Shown: positions 13,587 through 25,050 of the stretch, one piece after another
Numbering within the stretch: the stretch's first letter is position 1
Layout: each line of letters begins with the position of its first letter
The notes under the pieces: model-generated
The model's database searches: none
The model's input: only the letters and a program-made list of their open reading frames with translations
Told to the model about the DNA's origin: nothing
NCBI GenBank assembly: GCA_964016885.1
Contig: CAXHJY010000262.1
Span: 62,001 to 126,000 of the forward strand
Direction of reading: 5' to 3'
Origin: Eledone cirrhosa
Lineage: Eukaryota
Length of the DNA: 64,000 bases
Translations under genes and position numbers: made by a program

Positions 13587-15255
13587 GAGGTCTATGGTGT
13601 TGTTGTTGACATTGTAGCTACACTGACTCTCTGGGAGGTGTTATTGTGATGTATGTGGTGTTGTTGTTGACTCTGTAGCTAGACTGACTCTCTGGGAGGT
13701 GTTTTGTGATGTCTATGGTGTTATTGTTGACTCTGTAGCTACACTGACTCTCTGGGAGGTGTTTTGTGATGTCTATGGTGTTATTGTTGACTCTGTAGCT
13801 ACACTGACTCACTGGGAGGTGTTATTGTGATGTCTGTGGTGTTTTTATTGACTTTGTAGCTACACTGACTCTCTGGGGGGGTGTTATAGTGATGTCTGTA
13901 GTGTTATTGTTGATTTGTAGCTACACTGACTCTCTGGGAGATGTTATTGTGATGTCTATGGTGTTATTGTTGAATTTGTAGCTACACTGACTCTCTGGGA
14001 GGTGTTATTGTGATGTCTGTGGTGTTGTTGCTGACTTTGTAGCTACACTGACTCTCTGGGAGGTGTTATTGTGATGTCGGTGGTGTTGTTGCTGACTTTG
14101 TAGCTACACTGACTCTCTGGGGGGTGTTATTGTGATGTCGGTGGTGTTGTTGCTGACTTTGTAGCTACACTGACTCTCTGGGGGGTGTTATTGTGATGTT
14201 TATGGTGTTGTTGTTGACTTTGTAGCTACACTGACAATCTGGGAGGTGTTATTGTGATGTATAACAAAATACTGGTGTGTATGAATATAACAAGACACTA
14301 GTTTGTGTATATAACGTTTAATTAACAAGTTGAGGTTATGTAGAACAGTATAGTTGACATGTCAATGAGTAGTAGATGAAAGAATGAAGTAAAGTTATTT
14401 GTTACCGTTTTGAAGTTAGCTCGCAAGAGGCCATGTTAGGGTTGCCAGCGAATGCGCCTGGTCGAAGGGCCAGGCAGGTTAGAAGGCCAGGAGCCGAAAG
14501 GCAAATGAGAGAGAGAGAGAGAGCTGAAAGTTATTCCCTTTATAGGTCCTGGGACGGAAGAGACAAAAAGGGCTCTGCCACCCCAACGGGAAGCAACTCC
14601 AGCTACTTCCTGTCAAGAGAGCGTTACTCTATTGGTGATGTGATCGTCACAACAAGGGAGGCGACTCTTGCTACAGATGTCTGTGGTGTTGTTGCTGACT
14701 TTGTAGCTACACTGACTCTCTGGGAGGTGTTGTTGTTGACTCTGTAGCTACACTGACTCCCTGGGAGGTGTTATTGTGAAGTCTGGGGTGTTGTTGTTGA
14801 CTTTGTAGCTAGACTGACTCCCTGGGAGGTGTTATTGTAATGTCTGTGGTGTTGTTGACTTGTAGCTACACTGACTCCCTGGGAGGTGTTATTGTGAAGT
14901 CTGGGGTGTTGTTGTTGACTTTGTAACTAGACTGACTCCCTGGGAGGTGTTATTGTAATGTCTGTGTTGTTGTTGACTTGTAACTACACTGACTCTCTGG
15001 GAGGTGTTATTGTGAAGTCTGAGCTGTTGTTGTTGACTCTGTAACTGCACTGACTCTCTGGGAGGGGTTATTGTGATGTCTGTGGTGTTGTTGTTGACTT
15101 TGTAGCTACACTGATTCTCACGGAGGGGTTATTGTGATGTCTGTGGTGTTGTTGTTGACGTTGCAGCTAGACTGACTCTCTAGGAGGTGTTATTGTGATG
15201 TCTATGGTGTTGTTGTCGACTCTGTAGCTACAATGTCTTTCTGGGATGTGTTATT
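13587..15255. repeat. 60-61-bp minisatellite (about 20 units) interrupted by a solo LTR
   Basis: Unit GTAGCTACACTGACTCTCTGGGAGGTGTTATTGTGATGTCTGTGGTGTTGTTGTTGACTTT. Confidence 0.95.
14260..14675 (-). mobile_element. Probable solo LTR (about 416 bp)
   Basis: Interrupts one satellite unit with GATG(T) duplicated on both sides; ends TATAACAA...TTGCTACA; minus strand has CCAAT, TATAAA, (CT)n and ATTAAA in LTR order. Confidence 0.7.
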
Positions 15256-15259
15256 CTGA

Positions 15260-15880
15260 AATGGTAGATACCAGATTGTTCAACAGCATCTTCGCAGGCA
15301 TTGTCCTCATGACAGAGAGCAGTAATTTGAGCAGTCTGACTTTTTCTCTGTGTTCTTGTACAGGGTGACGATGACAGCATCAAAAAGATCTTATGTTAGA
15401 TTGCCCTGCTCCCTGCAACATACAAAGAGCTTGTAGAGTTTTGCATGTTGTGTGGGCCCCTAATCTTCCACATCTTTCCACAATAGAGAGCAGAATAATC
15501 CCTGATAATTTCAGCAATCTAACTTTGCCCCTTTGTTCTTGTACAGGGTGATGATGATTGCACTACAGAGATCTTGTGGAGTTTCACATGTAATGCTGGG
15601 CTCCCATGTTTCAACATCTGATGTAGAATTCCTTCAGCATTGCCACTCCTTAGCAGCTCTATAGCTTTGGTAGTCTCTTCAATGGTGGACAAGTCATCCA
15701 TGTTTGTGTGTTCATGGCTTGATTGAAAATCAGTGCAGCGAAAACTGAGACACTCATCCCCTCAAGGAAGCCTGCACCATGCAATCTACATGTGAATGGA
15801 GTTCCACTGAAGCAAGTGGAGAAGTTCAAGTATTTCAGGGCCATGCCCACAAGTGATTGCTGAAAGAATATGATCACAAA
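15260..15880. mobile_element. Highly degenerate non-LTR RT fragments
   Basis: Minus-strand STIEETTKAIELLRSG and LYKNKG-type motifs; plus-strand LKQVEKFKYF-like motif. Confidence 0.5.
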
Positions 15881-16029
15881 TACAAGTGGCTGAAATGGGG
15901 TCCTTAGAATAATGTTCTTAAATAGAGTACATAGCTCATAGAGTCACTGAAGTTAGACCCCCTCTTTTTCCGAATTGAGAGTAATAAGGTTTTTGTCCAG
16001 TAGGTGTTCTTTTGTATAGAGTTAAATTA

Positions 16030-16375
16030 CTGTTAGAAGCAAAATATTTCCCACATATTTCACAGTGACAGGATTTTACTCCTGTGTGACTACTTAAGTG
16101 TCTAATAAATTTAGTTTTTCAGTGAAAGATTCCCCACATATTTCACAGTGACAGGGTTTATCTTTAATATGTATGTGTGTAAATAATTCATCTTCTGATG
16201 AGAAAGTTTTCCTACAAATCTCACAGCTATATTCAGGAATATTTCTGTGAAATGATCCTTGTTCAGTACATGTTTCACTAGGTAGAAGTTTCTCACCACT
16301 GTATGTCTGTGTAACTGTATCTATATTGGTAGAAACAGCTGTGTTAGAAATGTCCAACTGTTTAACGTCCCCCAT
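16030..16375 (-). pseudogene. C2H2 zinc-finger pseudogene, truncated paralog of the 18302-19549 gene
   Basis: MGDVKQLDISNTAVSTN..ETCTEQGS matches MEDVKHLDISTTPVSTN; frameshift/stop in finger 2, decayed finger 3. Confidence 0.8.
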
Positions 16376-16546
16376 AGTAATTCTTGAAGTATATTTAAAA
16401 GTTGAGAATTGATATTACAGTGAAGAAAATGTTTGTGTGTATGTGTTCTATTGAAACACTACTGTGTTGTTCTGGGCCTATCTCAGTAGAATTTCAAATG
16501 GTAGATGGACATATTCTACATTTACTTTAATATAGATTTAAACAAA

Positions 16547-16760
16547 GATGGTAGAATGGCAGCATTGGTAGAGCGTCACATAAAATATTATTGCAGTATT
16601 TGTTCTGGTTCTTAACATTCTCAGTTCAAATCCTGCCAAGGTCAAATAATTATTTCAACATTCTAGAGTTGATAAAATATATTACCAGTCATGTATTGGG
16701 GTTGATTTAATCAACTTTGCTCCTCTCCTAAATCTGCTGGTCTTGAGCCTAATTTACAAA
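16547..16760 (+). mobile_element. Degenerate SINE of a second family (other copies 25099-25310 +, 25375-25590 +, 26358-26545 -, 58010-58190 +)
   Basis: GAGTTCAAATC B box followed by a CCTTTCATCC..GGGGTCGATAAAAT.AAGTACCAG-type block, best preserved at 58070-58140 and 26400-26470. Confidence 0.65.
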
Positions 16761-18301
16761 TCAATAGAGATTTAACTAGTTTTAGCAAATAATATTTGTT
16801 GCTTCATATTTCTTGAAACATTTCTTATAATTTACTGTGACAATCAGTAAACTATACCATCACTACCCCCAATGATACAAACCTGGACAGTGTGAGAGAA
16901 TTCTCTCTGGCATGGAGAACACTAGGTACCAGCTACCTTGTGGTCCCAGGAGAGGACAGAATGGTGATAGGGAGTTACCCTAGGGGACAGCAAGTGAGAT
17001 GTGTTGAAATCGCTTTTAAAACTTGTGGGGGTCTCTCCTGTGTGTGGACAACTCCACCCTAATAACAGTTAGTAGGGAGGTGGTATAGGGACCAAGTCTG
17101 ACAATTGTCTCCACCACTATAGTTTAACAAGACTCTCCTGTGTGTGGCCAACTCCACCCTGATAGCAGTTAGTAGGGAGGTGGTATAGGGACCAAGAATG
17201 CCAGAAATCTCCATTACAAGTTCAACAACAAACAACTAATACTTCAACAGTTTGTGATCTTTTGTGACTAAGTTTTAATTTTTCTTGTTACTTTAGGGAA
17301 ACAATGATACCACCAAAGTTAGTGGCTCCGTAACCAGGATATTGTCAAATTTCTAAATTTCAGTTGTAAAATATATGAAGAGTGATAGAATTTCAATCAT
17401 TTTAAACAATATTGAAGTGTTTGTGTTAGATATATTGAAACTACTTACAAGATGATATCATTACATGTGGTGTTAATAACAGAGATTTAGATGGGTGTTA
17501 GATATATTGAAACTACTTACAAGATGATATCATTACATGTGGTGTTAATAACAGAGATTTAGATGGGTGTGAGATGTATTAAAACAAGATGATATCATTT
17601 CATATGGTGTTAATAACAGAGATTTAGATGGTAAAATAACAAAAAGTTGAAGTTACATACTTGATAAATTCCTTAAATATAATTCTTTTATTAACAACAA
17701 ATAGAATGAAATTTAGGACATAAAATTAATTATGAAAAATTAATAAATTGTTTACAAAACAATGAAATCAATAAAAAAAAGAGTCAGAAAGAAAAACAAA
17801 AAACAGGTAAAACTACTCCTTCAATTACTATAACAGAGAATGTTGGTGTTACCCTCTAAAATTTCCAAGACAATTACAGCATTACCTCAGGTGATAGAGG
17901 GCCCTTCAATTACACACTACAGCAGGGAATGTTGAAAATTTAACATAGCAGAGAAGTCATTACCTCAGGTGATAGAGGGTGCCTTAATTACACACACTAT
18001 AGCAGGGAATGTTGGTGTTGACAAACCAATGCTGAAACTTCTGGCATAGATTTAAAATTAATTCTAAAAGTCAAGAATAGATCAAAGAAAGCTTTTAATT
18101 TCAAATGAAAATATATTTGTAAAAATGGCCAGCAATGTTTGGAGTCCATCAAACTGCCAAATAATCACATTTGATATTGGTGGAAAATAAGTTTAGATTT
18201 GTAAGAGGTAGGATGTCTCATGTTTCACAGTTAAAAACTTTCATTCCTCTGTGTGTTTGTGTCTAAGTAACTGTTAAAGAAAAAAACATTTCCCACATAT
18301 T

Positions 18302-19549
18302 TCACTGTGTAAAAGGTTTTTCACTAGTGTGTGTTATTTTGTGTTTATTATATTCACTGTTACTAATGAAAGATTTCCTACATATTTCACAGTGATAGGG
18401 TCTCTCTCCAGTATGTGTTCTTTTATGTGTAGTTAAGACATTATTCCTGCCAAAAGATTTCCCACATGTTTCACAGTGATAGGGTCTCTCTCCTGTGTGT
18501 GTTATTTTATGTACAGTTAAAGAACTGCTTGTTACAAAAGATTTCCCACATATTTCACAGTGATAGGGTTTCTCTCCAGTGTGTGTTCTTTTATGTGTAG
18601 TTAAAGAACTGCTTGTTACAAAATATTTCCCACATATTTCACATTGATAGGGTTTCTCTCCATTGTGTTTTCTTTTATGTATAGTTAAATCACTGCTTTG
18701 CACAAACACTTTCCCACATATTTCACAGTGATAGGGTCTCTCTCCAGTGTGTGTTCTTTTGTGTACAGTTAAAGAACTCCTTGTTAGAAAAGATTTCCCA
18801 CATATTTCACAGTGATAGGGTTTCTCTCCAGTATGTGTTCTTTTGTGTACAGTTAATGAAAGACTTGTTATAAAAGATTTCCCACATATTTCACAGTGAT
18901 AAGGTTTCTCTCCAGTGTGTGTTCTTTTGTGTGTAGTTAAGACATTACTCCTGCCAAAAGATTTTCCACATATTTCACAATAGAAGTGTTTCTCTCCAGT
19001 GTGTGTTCTTCTGTGAACTATAAGAACAGCACTATCAGCAAAATATTTCCCACATATTTCACAGTGAACAGGTTTCTCTCCTGTGTGAATACGTATATGT
19101 CTAACAAGATTAGCTTTCTCAGCGAACGATTTCCCACATATTTCACAGTGAAATGGTTTTTCCCCACTGTGACTACGTATATGCCTAATTAAAGTGGCAT
19201 TTTGGCTGAAAGATATCCCACATATTTCACAATGAAAAGGTTTTTCTCCTGTGTGACTTTTTATGTGTTCACGAAGATGAGAAGTTTTAGTGAAAGATTT
19301 CCCACATATTTCACAATGATAGGGTTTGTCTTTAATATGTATGTGTTTGTGTGTAGATAATTCATCTTCTGATGAGAAAGTTTTCCTACAAATCTCACAG
19401 TTATATTCAGGAATATTTCTGTATAATGATCCTTGTTCAGTACATGTTTCACTAGGGAAAGGTTTCTCACCACTGTATGTCTGTGTAATTGTATATATAT
19501 TGGTAGAAACAGGCGTGGTAGAAATGTCCAAGTGTTTAACGTCCTCCAT
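18302..19549 (-). CDS. C2H2 zinc-finger protein (ZNF1 here), 13 tandem fingers, about 415 aa
   Basis: [10 protein letters not shown]...H repeats with TGEKP linkers; ATG 19549 chosen because it aligns with the start of the paralogous relic at 16375. Confidence 0.9.
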   Translation of the reverse strand: MEDVKHLDISTTPVSTNIYTITQTYSGEKPFPSETCTEQGSLYRNIPEYNCEICRKTFSSEDELSTHKHIHIKDKPYHCEICGKSFTKTSHLREHIKSHTGEKPFHCEICGISFSQNATLIRHIRSHSGEKPFHCEICGKSFAEKANLVRHIRIHTGEKPVHCEICGKYFADSAVLIVHRRTHTGEKHFYCEICGKSFGRSNVLTTHKRTHTGEKPYHCEICGKSFITSLSLTVHKRTHTGEKPYHCEICGKSFLTRSSLTVHKRTHTGERPYHCEICGKVFVQSSDLTIHKRKHNGEKPYQCEICGKYFVTSSSLTTHKRTHTGEKPYHCEICGKSFVTSSSLTVHKITHTGERPYHCETCGKSFGRNNVLTTHKRTHTGERPYHCEICRKSFISNSEYNKHKITHTSEKPFTQ

Positions 19550-19979
19550 AGTAATTCTTGAAGAATTCTTCGAAGTTCTGAGGATATGTGACTGTGTAAG
19601 ACTGATGTCGGTATAAGAAACTGTAAGAGAGAGTGTGTGTGTTTGTGTCTTAATAAATGATGATTGTTCACCACGGAGTGTAGAAAAGTACACAATATCT
19701 GCTGTGTTAACAATATAAATAATACGTACTTTATATTTCAAGTCCAAGTGTAAAGTCAAGAAAGACCAGGAAAGCTAATTGTTCAGATGTTGGTGATTTA
19801 AACCTATTTCTCACTGTGCTGTAAAATGTGGAACAACCAATTCACGATGTAGCGTAGTTTCTCATGAAATGAAATATTTAATCATGTAGGTGATGGAACA
19901 CCTACCCTGGAACATGTAGCTCACTCTATGTTATCTACAAAATATTAACTTTCACCTTAACATGAGATAATTACTATAT

Positions 19980-20090
19980 AAAATATAATTAGATTAATTA
20001 AAGATAGCAGGTTCGTAGTGTCGTTGACAATGTTCCCTTTCCGGTTTTGACCGGTGTCATACGTTAAAAGTCCCTAATATAATTTAAAAT
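19980..20090 (-). promoter_or_regulatory. Putative ZNF promoter block, conserved with 58660-58773
   Basis: Shared ATATAATTAGATTAATTAAAG and GGTGTCATACGTTAAAAGTCCCT.ATATAATTTAA; this copy has CCGGAA (ETS-like) on the minus strand. Confidence 0.45.
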
Positions 20091-20291
20091 ATAAATATAT
20101 TGCCTGTACGTTGATAAACACACACCCTCTCTTGTGTGTTATCGTTTCTATATATATATTGTGCCCTTGTGGCTAATAAAGAAATTTATATATATTATAT
20201 ATATACATATATATATTTATATTCCTGGTGGTCACAGATCTGTCCAGTTCGTTTGTCTCCCAGCATATCAGGAGAAAATTATACATTTTCT

Positions 20292-20368
20292 ATGTATTTT
20301 CTCTAAGGAGAACATGTTTTGCTTTATGTTATAAGACTTTGCATCTTCGAAATATATATAATGAAATA
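20292..20368 (+). ncRNA. Degenerate hammerhead-like motif related to HH10 (core mutated to CTAAGGA)
   Basis: TATTTTCT-CTAAGGA-...-CGAAATATATATAATGAAATAAA; 3' half identical to 44388-44410. Confidence 0.45.
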
Positions 20369-20591
20369 AATAGAGATGATATAAAATATATATCTTCCGT
20401 TTATTACTAATATATATACACACACACACACATATGCCATTATAGTTTATTGTCACGACAGGAAAACCTTTAATTATAAGTTTACTTGATGATACTAACC
20501 TGGAACTTAATTTAAGCCAGTCTGTGTTGTCTCCCTTAGCACTAATCACTGAATTAATATCCAGTAACGTCTGGTTTTCTTCTATGTTTAG

Positions 20592-20805
20592 TTAACCCTT
20601 TATCATTAACGTTACTCTATATTTACTATTATATTTTCGCAGTAAACATAATTATCTCACAAAATATTGAATCTATGAGATTTTGAAATTATTTATTTTG
20701 GGAACAATACCTTAACATCAGCATGAGCGGCCTGTTGAGGCCAGTTAGAACAGAAAATGTAAGAGAATTCTGGCCAGATACGGACGGTTTAAATAAAGGA
20801 TTTAA
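20592..20805. mobile_element. piggyBac-type MITE (degenerate)
   Basis: TTAACCCTTT start; internal similarity to 51282-51497. Confidence 0.55.
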
Positions 20806-20877
20806 TAAATAACAGCTTTATTGAAACACTACTGTGTTGTTCTGAGATGATTTCGGTAGAATTTCAAACGATAGAAG

Positions 20878-21072
20878 TGTGGTTAGAAAAAGCTATCTCA
20901 CTTACCACTTTTCATAGACGCCGCTAAATCCCATTGCTGGTTTCTCCTCTTACACGTGCGTCCAACTCATTAACACCGGGAGCTGCCAAAACTCGCGTCC
21001 ACGCCGTTCCTGGTCACCACTAGGGAGAGCACTCCCCCGCTTCCGGCCACCGCACGCCACACCATACCCACA
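20878..21072 (-). repeat. 3' LTR (195 bp)
   Basis: TGTGGTTAGAAAAAGC...CATACCCACA; adjacent to the PPT. Confidence 0.92.
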
Positions 21073-21085
21073 CGCCCCCCTGATC

Positions 21086-23868
21086 TCAAGGATCAATTTC
21101 CCCCTCGTCCTTCTGCATATGAAAGTCTGCTGTCCAGGTTGGTGGTTTGCGACCTCTTTGCGATCTCCGCAGTGTTGGGGCGGCACTTTGGGTTTCCTCT
21201 TCCTCGGAGTCCGTTGACACAGTGATTCTACAGACATCCAGGACATGACGTGGTACTCCGTCCACGGACACATTGTTCTGGGAATTTACGGCCGTCACCA
21301 TTCCCCTTCCCCATTGAGATGTGCAATGTGCATCTGGGGGCTTAACCCAGACTTCTTCGCCCACCTGCACGAATGCACTCTCTCTCCCAACTGGCCGTTG
21401 TGGTGGCGTGCACGGGTTCCGCCGCTCGTATCTGAATACTGCTCTGTGTGGCACCGATTCCTTGACCTGTCCCACCCAATGGGACATGTTGTACCAGAAC
21501 ACTGCCTCCATTGGTGAGATATGGCCCCGCTCCGCCATTGCCTTGATCGTCCGGTGATGTCGCTCCACAATTTCATTCCCGCTCGGCCGGCCTGTGCGCT
21601 GCTCTGAAGAAACGGTCCACCTTCCATCCCTCGAGCATCTCCCTCAGCACCTCCAAGCGGAACGCTGCGCTGTTGTCCATCAGCAGTTCGTCCACAGGGC
21701 CCCGCTCCAAGAACACCTCTCTCAACGTCCGCATGATTTCCTCGGCCATTCCAGTCTTCATCTCCCTCCATATCGCCATCCGTCCTGGTCCACAGTCAAC
21801 CATCGAGAGGTATTTTTCCTGTCGGTAGTGCGTTACATCCACCGCCAGTCGCGATCCACCGGGAGGCTTCCCGTTTCATGCACACCCGGGGCGGGATCAA
21901 TGGACTGACATCGGACGCAGCCTCTAACCACTCTTTGAACACTGTGTCTGTTAACGTCCAAGTCGATTCTCCTGGCTAGGAACAGGCTCCTATCCACTCC
22001 CATGTGGTGCATGACATGCAACCCTTTCAGATCCGACTCGGTCAGCCGACACACGGCAGCTATCTCATCTTCTACCTCCTCCAGCGCTTCCATCCAGGCT
22101 TTCTTCACCCTAGTTAAGACGTCCGCCCTATTTTTCTCTGAATGCACGAAAACTACGCTCAGCCTCAGGTCGAACTCGGTGGCCAGCTCTTCTAAAGTTC
22201 CCAGGCGGCGCTTTATCAGCATCTCCGCCGCCCCTCTCGTTCGCACTCTCTTCTCACTGGTGAGCACTGATCTCACCCATCCGAGTACAGTAGCCGAGTC
22301 GGTGCATATCTTGATGGTGCGCAGTCCCCACCTCAGGGCGAGGTTCACCCCTCTCAACACTGTGTCCAGTTCGGCCTCATTGATGTGGTTGCAGTCGTCC
22401 TTCTTCCTAAGCCAGGCTGCATCCTCGACCTCAACACCTCCTATCTCCAACGTGACACACAACGCTATGCTGCTGGCATCGCACCATACGGTCCCACTCT
22501 GCGATTTGGGAACATACCAGCGTCCCCGCACTGGGTCGTCGGCCTTCACCCTCCCGACGATCTCCTGCATCATGGCCACCGTCCTCTCTCCCACTCTGTC
22601 AATCCAAGTCACCCCTCTCGCTCGTCTCTTGACATAGCTGCATGCCGTCCGGAGCCACCCAGCAATCGGGTATTGACCCACCAACTTTCCACACACCGAG
22701 AAAAGCTCCCGCCTACTCATACTTGGACCCAGTTCTGGAACTTCATTTCCCCTCTGGAATACCAAGACGCCCGTCCTGTCTTGCCGTAGCCCAGCGCGGC
22801 TCCTCCCTCCAACGCTTCTGATGGCTTCGCAGCCAGTCCATACCCCTGTAAATGGCTCGTGACCTCCGCCGCCGACACCACAGACTCGTCCACTAGGATA
22901 TCATCAATGTAGGAGTTAGTGGCCCTCTTCATCTTGTCGGCCTTTCCCAGAATGGTCTTGAGGACCGCCGCCATGATCTTCGGTGCGGAGCTCAGCCCGA
23001 AACCGAACCTGGTCAGGCAATATGTCCGGCCCTTATACCTGACCAGCTGATACTGCCAGAGCTTCTCATCTATATGCAATTGCAAGTATGCTGACTTTAG
23101 ATCTACGATTGCTGAACCTCCCGTCATGCGTCTCCACTCACGCAGGGTTTCCCCACATAAATCCGTGACCTCGCCACCCGTGTGGCATGACACGTGCTCG
23201 TTCTGCTTCCGAAAGTCCAGCACCGGCCTCACCTTGTTCTTCATGGGTTGCGCCACCGCCATTAACGACAATACTCCGCACTTCACCTCCTCTTTCCAGG
23301 GAAGCAGTATGCCCTCCTCAATCCATCTCTCTACCTCTCGCTCGAACTCGCTTCTAATGTTTCCTTTCAATGTGTGTTGATAGCAGCCCACTTTGGTCTT
23401 CAGTGTTGGTGGTTCTCCCTTCCAGTACTACTCAACAACCCATCGCTGCCCATCGAACACGGCCTTGAAGTCTTTGTCCTGTACAGTGTAAGCGGGGTAT
23501 TTCTCTTCGTGGGCCTTCTGGTTCTCCTGTCGCGTACTCACAGCGCATACCGATGCAGCTCCGCCAAACGACACACCGACATTGTTCACTGTGACGCCTG
23601 CTAGACGGCCAATTGCGTCCATGCCCATAACCACGCCGATCCCATCCACCACGTTGTCAGCTACGATGGCAGAAAGCCTTATTTTCCTTCCCCGTACCGC
23701 TATCTCCACCTCGCTGCGACTTCGGCATTCAATTTTCCTGCCGTCGACTGCCCTTACGCTGCTCTTCCCTCTCCACCTCTGCGCCACCCCCGCGGTCACC
23801 AGTGTCGTCGTACAGCCCGTGTCCACGAGGGCTCGCTGTGGCTTTCCCCTCACGAAGACTTCCACCAC
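21086..23868 (-). pseudogene. Gypsy pol (protease, RT, RNase H, integrase) broken into at least 5 ORFs
   Basis: LVDTGC protease; DLKSAYLQL and YIDD RT; WCDAS..INEAEL RNase H; H..HH..CVRC zinc finger; DVT..MDN..ERHHRTIK integrase core. Confidence 0.88.
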
Positions 23869-23879
23869 GGGCAGCGCCT

Positions 23880-24641
23880 CTACGCGTAAGGGGCAACTAC
23901 CGGCGCAGTAGTTCCTCTTGGATCGTTTCCCTGGTCGCAGTTAGTAGCGATGTGGCCTGGTCGCTTGCACCGATAGCATATTATTTCCGGCCTTGACTCT
24001 CTACAGTCTCTAGCAATGTGCAGGCCCTGGCACCTAAAACAACGACCTCTAAACGTTCGCGGGCGACCGCGTGCCATGGTTGCCTCCCTTTCACCATTTC
24101 GCTGCCAGCTGTCTTGAGCCTCTGTAGTTGCTATTGCCGCGACACTCTTCTTGGCATCTTCTGCTATGATCCGGGCTTGTTCCACCAGTGAACGCATTTC
24201 CATTTATTTGTAACCCGGGACTTGCTGCAGTTTCACTGCTATGTCGTCTGGAAATCCATTTATGAACGCCAACCGCACCGTGCGTTCGCATTCCACCTGA
24301 TATCCAGCCAACATGGCCAATCGCTGTATTTCCACTGTGAAAATGTCCAGGCGTTCACCGTTCCATCAAATTCTTGCCAGCTTAGCAAAAGCGGCTAACG
24401 GTCCCTCTGCGAACGCTTCCATCATGCGCCTCTCAATCTTTTGCGCATCTCTTTGGCTGTGTTCATCCAACTCAAGGAAGAGTACCAACGCGTCCCCCTC
24501 ACGGTACAGTGCCATGAGGCCAGCCACATCTTCTATCTTCTGTAAGCTTGCGACCAGCCGGACTTTTCGCAACCAAGCGACATCATCACCTTCACCGATA
24601 AATGCCCTAATCGCTTCACTCGTTCGTAGTCTCGTCGCCAT
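23880..24641 (-). pseudogene. Gypsy gag with two CCHC-type zinc knuckles, interrupted
   Basis: CFRCQGLHIARDC and CYRCKRPGHIATNC; ORFs 24366..24641 and 23880..24203. Confidence 0.82.
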
Positions 24642-24780
24642 ATCCTAATTTGTCTTGCGGTACGTGATAAAAAAAAAACACAACAGACTCCTCTCTGTTT
24701 TTCCAGTAGCTTTGTTTTCGAGAAAGTTTTTTTTTTTTTTTTTTTTCAATCAGATCTCAGTTTCCAGTGCCGAAATAGCT

Positions 24781-25050
24781 TGTGGTTAGAAAAAGCTATC
24801 TCACTTACCGCTTTTCATAGGCGCCGCTAAATCCCATTGCTGGTTTCTCCTCTTCCACGTGAGTTCAACTCATTAACACCGGGAGCTGCCAAAACTCACA
24901 TCCACTCCATTCCTGGTCACCACTAGGGAGAGGCCGATCTGCTGGCCCTTCCGGTCGAGCACCCTTCCGGCCAAGCACCCTTCCAGTCAAGCACTCTTCC
25001 GGTCGAGCACTCCCCAGCTTTCGGCCACCACACGCCACACCATACCCACA
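24781..25050 (-). repeat. 5' LTR (270 bp) containing an extra ~75-bp block of ~17-bp repeats
   Basis: Matches 20878-21072 apart from CCCTTCCGGTCGAGCA-type repeats at about 24930-25010. Confidence 0.92.

Larger units (their letters stand above)
20878..25050 (-). mobile_element. Ty3/Gypsy-type LTR retrotransposon, full length (4.17 kb), frameshifted
   Basis: TG..CA LTRs at 20878-21072 and 24781-25050; TSD AGAAG (20873-77 and 25051-55); PPT AGGGGGGCG; domain order gag-PR-RT-RH-IN. Confidence 0.93.

Noticed and set aside
13007-15255. Regular repeat arrays resembling CRISPR (also 26785-27640 and 51595-52592)
   Set aside because: Head-to-tail units with no unique spacers, no cas genes, and a eukaryotic context
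19550-19759. 70-aa N-terminal extension of ZNF1 in the ORF track
   Set aside because: Begins at a non-ATG codon and crosses simple repeats; the paralog starts at the equivalent of ATG 19549
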